Positions 26,439 to 32,000 of a DNA stretch of 32,000 nt are shown here, piece by piece. Position 1 is the stretch's first letter, and every line of letters begins with the position of its first letter. The stretch comes from an uncultured Erysipelotrichaceae bacterium (GTDB taxonomy: Bacteria > Bacillota_I > Bacilli_A > Erysipelotrichales > Erysipelotrichaceae). The stretch spans positions 1,500,001-1,532,000 of the forward strand of contig OW818653.1 in assembly GCA_942492995.1 (NCBI GenBank), written 5' to 3'. The notes beneath the pieces are model-generated. The model was given only the letters and a program-made list of their open reading frames with translations, was not told the DNA's origin and made no database searches. The position numbers were made by a program, and so were the translations under genes.

Positions 26439-26942
26439 ATGATTACTGTCCGTAAACTTGTGTTGTTGGCTCTATTGGCCGCAAGCGCATTAGCTTTACA
26501 ATTTGCCTTAGCCTTTTTACCTAATATAGAACTCGTTACCTTATGGTTTCTACTTATTGGGTTAACTCTAAGCTTTAAAGAAAGTTTGATCGTCGTTTTT
26601 GTGTTCTCTTTTCTTGAAGCATTAGTCTGGGGATTTGGAGATTGGGTACTTGGCTATTTATGGATATGGACAGCGTGGATTATTCTTGTTAGACTCTTTA
26701 AACCACTCTTAAAAGACAAAACACATGCTTGGGCGCTGCTGGGTGCGTTCTATGGTTTTGTCTTTGGTTTTCTATTCGCAGTTCAACATGCAGTCCTCTA
26801 TGGATTCAATATGGGGGTTGTTTATTGGATTCGGGGCATAAGTTTTGACATTATACATGCTTTCTCGAATTATAGTCTTATACTAATATTATTTTCACCG
26901 ATATCAAAGGTGTTTAATAATTTATTAAGAAAGTGGGAATAA
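26439..26942 (+). CDS. small 6-TM membrane protein, ECF-transporter S-component-like (candidate corrinoid substrate-capture subunit)
   Basis: About 167 aa from ATG 26439 (alternative TTG 26415), with six hydrophobic segments. The size and topology fit ECF S components. No ecfA or ecfT is in the window. Confidence 0.5.
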   Translation: MITVRKLVLLALLAASALALQFALAFLPNIELVTLWFLLIGLTLSFKESLIVVFVFSFLEALVWGFGDWVLGYLWIWTAWIILVRLFKPLLKDKTHAWALLGAFYGFVFGFLFAVQHAVLYGFNMGVVYWIRGISFDIIHAFSNYSLILILFSPISKVFNNLLRKWE

Positions 26943-26943
26943 T

Positions 26944-27408
26944 ATGCCAGTCACTACAAAAACAGGGGATAGAGGATTTACAAGCGTTAAAAATGGACGT
27001 GTTTCGAAGGATGAACCCGTTATTGATGCATTAGGGAATATCGATGAGTGCAGTAGTTTAATCATCCATATGCAAGCTCAATTGGGACTTGATAAAGAAC
27101 CATGGGAAAGAATTGTGAAAGAATTGTATGAGATATCCGCATATATCGCTGGCTATACAGTAAAGATCGATGTAGAACCTGGAATTAAACGTTTAGAGAC
27201 GTTTATTGAGTTAAATCAATCCAGTTATTCGAATTTTATCTATCCATTCGACCAACCAAAAGCTGCTTTTCTACACTATGTTAGAACTGTTGTACGAAGA
27301 GCTGAAAGAAGTCTTGTTAAACTAAATGAAACACAGTTGATTGATTCAGCTGTATTACAATATATGAATCGTTTATCCGATTATTGTTTCGTCAATGAAT
27401 TAGTCTAA
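26944..27408 (+). CDS. pduO: ATP:cob(I)alamin adenosyltransferase, PduO type
   Basis: 154 aa; N-terminal TKTGDRGFTS motif and ALGNIDECSS are typical of PduO-type adenosyltransferases. Confidence 0.85.
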   Translation: MPVTTKTGDRGFTSVKNGRVSKDEPVIDALGNIDECSSLIIHMQAQLGLDKEPWERIVKELYEISAYIAGYTVKIDVEPGIKRLETFIELNQSSYSNFIYPFDQPKAAFLHYVRTVVRRAERSLVKLNETQLIDSAVLQYMNRLSDYCFVNELV

Positions 27409-27455
27409 ACAAATTATGAATGTAACGACTTTCAAAGTTTACCGATAATTTTGTA

Positions 27456-27464
27456 TGTTAAAAT
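27456..27464 (+). promoter_or_regulatory. possible internal extended -10 promoter ahead of nrdJ
   Basis: TGtTAAAAT at 27456-27464. Only a weak -35 is present (GTTTAC/TTTACC at a suboptimal spacing). No terminator is visible between pduO and nrdJ. Confidence 0.3.
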
Positions 27465-27489
27465 TGAAATTACTAAAAGGGGTGTTTTT

Positions 27490-30006
27490 ATGAGCTATAC
27501 ACAATCCACTATTAAAAAATTAAACGCGGATATTCTGAATAACTTTCATCATATTTTTCCAATCGAAGAACATTTTAAACTAACACATGCAGGTGTTAGT
27601 CGTTTGGTCATGTTAGATCGTTATTCACAAAAAGATCGTAGTTTAAAAACACTGGGTGTTACCGATATTGTTGTGACGATTGTTAAAGAAGATCCTAAAT
27701 TTCCTTCCCGTGGGATTGGGCAGGTTATTGATGTGGATTATGAACATGAGTATGTCACATTAAAGTTAGAAGAAGAATTTAGAGCGTCACTTGAGAATGA
27801 AGTTGAAGCGAGTACGGGTATCATTACACGTCCGTTCAAACAAGTGGATAAACCGCTTGAGATTTATTATGAACAAATTGCGAAACGTGTTGGTAAGTCT
27901 TTGGCTTCAACAGAGTTATCCGATGATTACAGAGAAGGTTTTGGAAAAGTCTTTGCGGAAGAATTAGCTGAGATGAATGTTATTCCTGCTGGACGTGTTT
28001 TATATGGAGCAGGTTCACAGACTCAAGTAACGTATTTCAACTGTTTCGTTATGCCGTTTATCCATGATTCTCGTGGTGGTATTTCTAATCATCGTAAAGA
28101 AGTTATGGAAATCATGTCCCGTGGGGGTGGCGTTGGAACGAATGGTTCTACGTTACGTCCAAAAGCTGCACCTGCTAAGGGTGTTGGTGGTAAATCAAGT
28201 GGTGCAGTTAGTTGGTTAAATGATATTGCGAATTTAACACATCTTGTGGAACAAGGCGGATCACGTCGTGGTGCACAGATGATTATGTTAGCGGATTGGC
28301 ATCCAGATATTATTGAGTTTATTATCTCGAAGATGCAGAATCCTAAAGTATTGAAATGGTTAATCGAGAATTCAAAAGATGATCAGATTAAATATGAAGC
28401 TGAGAAGAAGTTGAAATTTACTGCGTTAAGTCGTATTGATAAAGAAATTTATGAATCACTAACGGATAATAAGAATATACCTGTTCATATTGCGGATTAT
28501 GCACGTGAACAATTAGCGAATGGTGGTAGCTTAAGTGTTATGAATCCTGAGTTCTTATCAGGGGCTAATATTTCTGTTACTCTTACAAAAGACTTCATGG
28601 ATGCAGTGAAGAGTGATTCTGACTTTGAATTACGTTTCCCTGATCTTGAAAATTATAACGCTGAACAAAAAGCCGCATACGATGAACATTGGCATGAAGT
28701 TGGCGATGTACGTGAATGGAAAGACTTAGGTTATCCTGTTAAAACGTATCGTTCAATTCGTGCGCGTGATTTATGGGATTTAATTAGTTTCTGTGCGACG
28801 TATTCTGCAGAACCTGGTATCTTCTTTATCGATAACGCGAATGAAATGACAAATGCGAAAGCATATGGACAAAAAGTTGTCGCAACAAACCCTTGTGGTG
28901 AACAGCCTTTAGCTCCATATTCTGTATGTAACTTAGCTGCGATTAATCTTGCGAACTTCGTAGATCGTAAGACTGGCGAAATATTATATGACAAACTTAA
29001 GACTACAGTAGCTGTTACAGTTCGTATGCAAGATGACGTTATAGATGATACGCCATACTTCTTAGAACCTAATAAGAAACAAGCTCTTGGTGAACGTCGT
29101 ATCGGACTTGGTGTTATGGGTCTACATGATTTACTCATTTGGGCACGTAAACGTTATGGTTCATTGGATTCAATTAAAACAATCGATTCAGTCTTCAAAG
29201 TAATTGCGGAAACTGCGTACAGTACTTCGGTTGAATTAGCGAAGGAAAAGGGTTCATTCCCATTCTTAGAAGATCGTGAAGCATTTATTAATTCTGGTTA
29301 TATGAAGACATTGGATGATTCCATTCGTCAAGATATCTTAAAATATGGTATTCGTAACTCACATCTATTAACTATCGCGCCTACAGGTTCGACTGGGACA
29401 ATGGTTGGCGTATCAACAGGTCTTGAACCTTACTTCTCCTTCTCTTACTTTAGAAGTGGAAGATTGGGTAAATTTATTGAAGTTAACGCGAAGATTGTGG
29501 AAGATTGGTTGGAACTTAACCCAGGTTATACTAAACAAACACTTCCGGATTACTTCGTTAGCGCAATGGAGTTAACACCTGAAGAACATGCCGATACACA
29601 ATGTGCTATTCAACGTTGGATTGATTCTTCAATCTCTAAAACAGTTAATGCCCCTCGTGGATTCTCTGTACGTCAAGTTCAGAAGATTTATGAACGTCTC
29701 TATGATGGTGGTGCTAAGGGTGGTACCGTTTATGTCGATGGTTCACGTGATTCTCAAGTTCTATCATTATCTAATGATGATGAAAGCAACTGGGCACAAA
29801 TGGATATCGTGCATGACTTTGGAATTAGTGTAAAAGAAAAACAAGTTGAAGAGAAGAAGACGGATTTAAGATCAGATCGTCAAGACCGTAATATCGGTGT
29901 TGAAGTTGGGGATATCTGTCCTATCTGTTTAGAAGGAACGGTAGAAGAAATTGGTGGATGTAATACATGTACCAACTGTAATGCACAATTAAAGTGCGGA
30001 TTATAA
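27490..30006 (+). CDS. nrdJ: adenosylcobalamin-dependent ribonucleotide reductase (class II) with C-terminal Cys4 zinc-finger tail
   Basis: Active-site TNPCGEQPL and SSISKTVN. C-terminal tail CPICLEGTVEEIGGCNTCTNC. Start reset to ATG 27490 (MSYTQSTI), preceded by AAAGGGG. The track TTG start at 27451 overlaps the putative -10. Confidence 0.9.
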   Translation: MSYTQSTIKKLNADILNNFHHIFPIEEHFKLTHAGVSRLVMLDRYSQKDRSLKTLGVTDIVVTIVKEDPKFPSRGIGQVIDVDYEHEYVTLKLEEEFRASLENEVEASTGIITRPFKQVDKPLEIYYEQIAKRVGKSLASTELSDDYREGFGKVFAEELAEMNVIPAGRVLYGAGSQTQVTYFNCFVMPFIHDSRGGISNHRKEVMEIMSRGGGVGTNGSTLRPKAAPAKGVGGKSSGAVSWLNDIANLTHLVEQGGSRRGAQMIMLADWHPDIIEFIISKMQNPKVLKWLIENSKDDQIKYEAEKKLKFTALSRIDKEIYESLTDNKNIPVHIADYAREQLANGGSLSVMNPEFLSGANISVTLTKDFMDAVKSDSDFELRFPDLENYNAEQKAAYDEHWHEVGDVREWKDLGYPVKTYRSIRARDLWDLISFCATYSAEPGIFFIDNANEMTNAKAYGQKVVATNPCGEQPLAPYSVCNLAAINLANFVDRKTGEILYDKLKTTVAVTVRMQDDVIDDTPYFLEPNKKQALGERRIGLGVMGLHDLLIWARKRYGSLDSIKTIDSVFKVIAETAYSTSVELAKEKGSFPFLEDREAFINSGYMKTLDDSIRQDILKYGIRNSHLLTIAPTGSTGTMVGVSTGLEPYFSFSYFRSGRLGKFIEVNAKIVEDWLELNPGYTKQTLPDYFVSAMELTPEEHADTQCAIQRWIDSSISKTVNAPRGFSVRQVQKIYERLYDGGAKGGTVYVDGSRDSQVLSLSNDDESNWAQMDIVHDFGISVKEKQVEEKKTDLRSDRQDRNIGVEVGDICPICLEGTVEEIGGCNTCTNCNAQLKCGL

Positions 30007-30013
30007 AATAATT

Positions 30014-30040
30014 AAGTGTTTCGCAAGAAACACTTTTTTT
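30014..30040 (+). terminator. intrinsic terminator after nrdJ
   Basis: Stem AAGTGTTTC / GAAACACTT, GCAA loop, then a T run (30034-30040). Confidence 0.88.
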
Positions 30041-30053
30041 AACGCATCCTTAA

Positions 30054-30082
30054 TTGACATTCGTATTTACTAACCTTAAAGT
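30054..30082 (+). promoter_or_regulatory. candidate promoter of the ABC transporter pair
   Basis: -35 TTGACA (30054-30059), 17-nt spacer, -10 TAAAGT (30077-30082). This placement argues against the track start at 30088. Confidence 0.45.
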
Positions 30083-30105
30083 AAGATATGAGTATTGGAG
30101 GATTT

Positions 30106-31020
30106 ATGAAGCTCGAAGTAAAAGGCATAAATAAGAGTTTTTCTGGTAAACAAGTTTTACATGATGTCACATTCACAGTCACATCGGGTAAGGCAATGGG
30201 ATTCTTGGGACGTAATGGAGCTGGTAAGACAACAACCATTCGTACATTAATGGATGTATTCAAGGCAGATAGTGGTGTGTTTATGTTGGATGGTAAACCA
30301 TTTATACCAACTCATTATCGTGTTGGATATCTACCTGAAGAAAGAGGTTTATACGGAAAAGAAAAGATTTTAGAACAATTGATTTATTTCGCTACCCTAA
30401 GAGGTGCTACACATAAAGAGGCTAAAGAGAGTGCAGAGTATTGGATAGAACGATTTGAATTGAGTTATGCGAAGAATCATAAGTTAGAGACATTATCAAA
30501 AGGGAACCAACAAAAGATTCAGATTGCTCAATCATTATTGAATAATCCTGAGATTGTGATCTTAGATGAACCCTTTAGTGGATTAGACCCAGTAAACTCT
30601 CAGATACTAAAAGATGTGATTATAGAATTAATCAATCAAGGAAAGTTAGTTATTTTCTCAAGTCATCAAATGAATTATGTCGAAGAGTTCTGTGATGAAA
30701 TTACATTGATTGATAAAGGTAAAGTTATTCTAAGTGGTAACTTAAAAGAGATTAAATCTGATATGGGTCGAAGTCGTTTGCGTTTGAATGCGAGTAATTA
30801 TTCAAGTGAAGAACTTATAAAATATCTTGATACGAACATACAAGACATTGAGTTAAGCCAAGATAAACATTCACTGATTATTGAATGTCTAAATAGTAAG
30901 AGTAAGCAGGATTTACTTGAAGATTTAGTTAAGCACAAAATAGATATTGAACTCTTCACGCATTATGAACCTAGTCTAAACGATATCTTCGTAATGAAAG
31001 TAGGTGAAGAACATGCATAA
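30106..31020 (+). CDS. ABC transporter ATP-binding protein (ABC-2 / NatA-like)
   Basis: Walker A GRNGAGKTT, signature LSKGNQQK, Walker B IVILDEPFSGLD. ATG 30106 (MKLEVKGI) has GGAGGA 4 nt upstream. Confidence 0.88.
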   Translation: MKLEVKGINKSFSGKQVLHDVTFTVTSGKAMGFLGRNGAGKTTTIRTLMDVFKADSGVFMLDGKPFIPTHYRVGYLPEERGLYGKEKILEQLIYFATLRGATHKEAKESAEYWIERFELSYAKNHKLETLSKGNQQKIQIAQSLLNNPEIVILDEPFSGLDPVNSQILKDVIIELINQGKLVIFSSHQMNYVEEFCDEITLIDKGKVILSGNLKEIKSDMGRSRLRLNASNYSSEELIKYLDTNIQDIELSQDKHSLIIECLNSKSKQDLLEDLVKHKIDIELFTHYEPSLNDIFVMKVGEEHA

Positions 31021-32000
31021 TGTATTCAAAGTATTAAAGTTTGAATTACAAAGTATCTTAAATAAGAAAGCGGTTCAAGTCACAACACTGATTATGTGTA
31101 TTGTGGTAGTGATTGCGACAAGTATTCCTACCTTAATGGAAATGTTTTCATCCGATGAACCAAGTGATACTGAGAATGAGGTTGGCATGAGTGTTGAAGA
31201 TTTAGGGTTTATGACAAAGAGTGAGTTTGTTTCAATTGATACATTAACTGTTTATTTCGGGAATGATTTAAATGTTTATACAAGTGAAGCTGATTTACGT
31301 AGTGATGTCGAGAATGGTGTTATAAATAACGGTTATATTATAGAAGATACGCAAACAATTCGTAGTATCGTTCAGAATAAAGGGATGTATAGTTCTACGG
31401 ATCAAATGATGATATCTATCCTACAAAGAATTCAACGGGATAAATCATTTGCGGAATTAGGCATTGATCCTATGGTTGTGGATACATTATCCAACACACC
31501 GATTACACTTCATGAAGAAGTCTTAGGTAAAGATGCACAATCAAGTTTCTTGATTTCGTATATCTTAATGTTTGCGGTGTATATGTTGGTTATCATGTAT
31601 GGTTCGTTTGTATCAACGTCTGTAGCACGTGAAAAAGATAATCGTACAATGGAAATACTAATCACATCCACTCAACCGAGTGCATTGATTATTGGTAAAG
31701 TACTCGCGAATGCGATTGGTGGATTAGCACAATTCTCCGTTATATTAGCGGCTGGATTTATTGGTTATTTTATTAATCAAGCTAATTATCCTGAGTTTAT
31801 TACTTCGATGTTATTTACTGGATTATCGTGGGATTCGATTGTTATATTCTTGATCTTTACCGCAATTGGTTATTTATTGTACTTATTCTTATATGCATCA
31901 CTTGGTTCTTTGGTCTCTAAAGTTGAAGATGTTGGGTCTTCAGTTACACCAATCACATTACTCTTCATGGTAGCGTATATAACAGCTTCTGTAGGGATTA
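31013..32000 (+). CDS. ABC-2 type permease (NatB/YhaP-like), 5' 329 codons; continues past the right window edge
   Basis: Not in the track because it has no stop in the window. My translation from ATG 31013 (8-nt overlap with the ATPase gene) reads MHNVFKVLKFELQSILNKKAVQVTTLIMCIVVVIATS... It has a large extracytoplasmic loop, then ...VAREKDNRTMEILITS... and further TM segments. The frame is open to base 32000. Confidence 0.8.
   Translation, partial: MHNVFKVLKFELQSILNKKAVQVTTLIMCIVVVIATSIPTLMEMFSSDEPSDTENEVGMSVEDLGFMTKSEFVSIDTLTVYFGNDLNVYTSEADLRSDVENGVINNGYIIEDTQTIRSIVQNKGMYSSTDQMMISILQRIQRDKSFAELGIDPMVVDTLSNTPITLHEEVLGKDAQSSFLISYILMFAVYMLVIMYGSFVSTSVAREKDNRTMEILITSTQPSALIIGKVLANAIGGLAQFSVILAAGFIGYFINQANYPEFITSMLFTGLSWDSIVIFLIFTAIGYLLYLFLYASLGSLVSKVEDVGSSVTPITLLFMVAYITASVGI

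Noticed and set aside
28731-30263. ORFs 28731-29138 (-), 29588-29833 (+) and 30039-30263 (-)
   Set aside because: They are antisense or out of frame within nrdJ, or span the nrdJ terminator and the ABC promoter and start. All are incompatible with the stronger features there.

Overview
AT-rich chromosomal segment (about one-third GC by eye) from a low-GC Gram-positive, Bacillota-type bacterium using the standard genetic code. No rRNA, tRNA, CRISPR array, transposase or integrase was seen. Bases 1-19218 are all on the minus strand. They hold a glycogen/sugar block (glgP partial, glgB, pgcA, orphan ptsH) and a tightly packed housekeeping chain (rpsF-ssb-rpsR, then yybS-gdpP-rplI-dnaB-M23 peptidase-yycJ-htrA-rlmH). 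They also hold an AT-rich two-gene insertion (XRE-HTH protein plus short HipA-family kinase) and a lactose/cellobiose-type PTS EIIA-EIIB-EIIC operon. From 19.4 kb the plus strand carries a GH1 6-phospho-beta-glucosidase and a LicR/MtlR-type PRD regulator. Next, on the minus strand, come ispD plus a lipoprotein, and a second AT-rich insertion (AbiEi/AbiEii). Back on the plus strand, a cobalamin riboswitch is followed by DUF4430, a small 6-TM protein, a PduO adenosyltransferase and class II RNR NrdJ, and then an ABC-2 exporter pair (permease partial). The best candidate for something undescribed is the Hip-like module at 15.7-17.1 kb. Its kinase is only the HipA core (270 aa). The domain resembling HipS / HipA N-subdomain appears fused to the C-terminus of the XRE-HTH partner, and two ACCCTAT-N3-ATAGGGT palindromes sit in and next to a near-consensus promoter. 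Other points worth a second look are an AbiEii toxin whose conserved N-terminus is reachable only from an SD-preceded ATA codon, and a B12 OFF-type riboswitch heading a block that ends in the B12-dependent RNR. All functional calls rest on motif recognition by eye; no database search was run.
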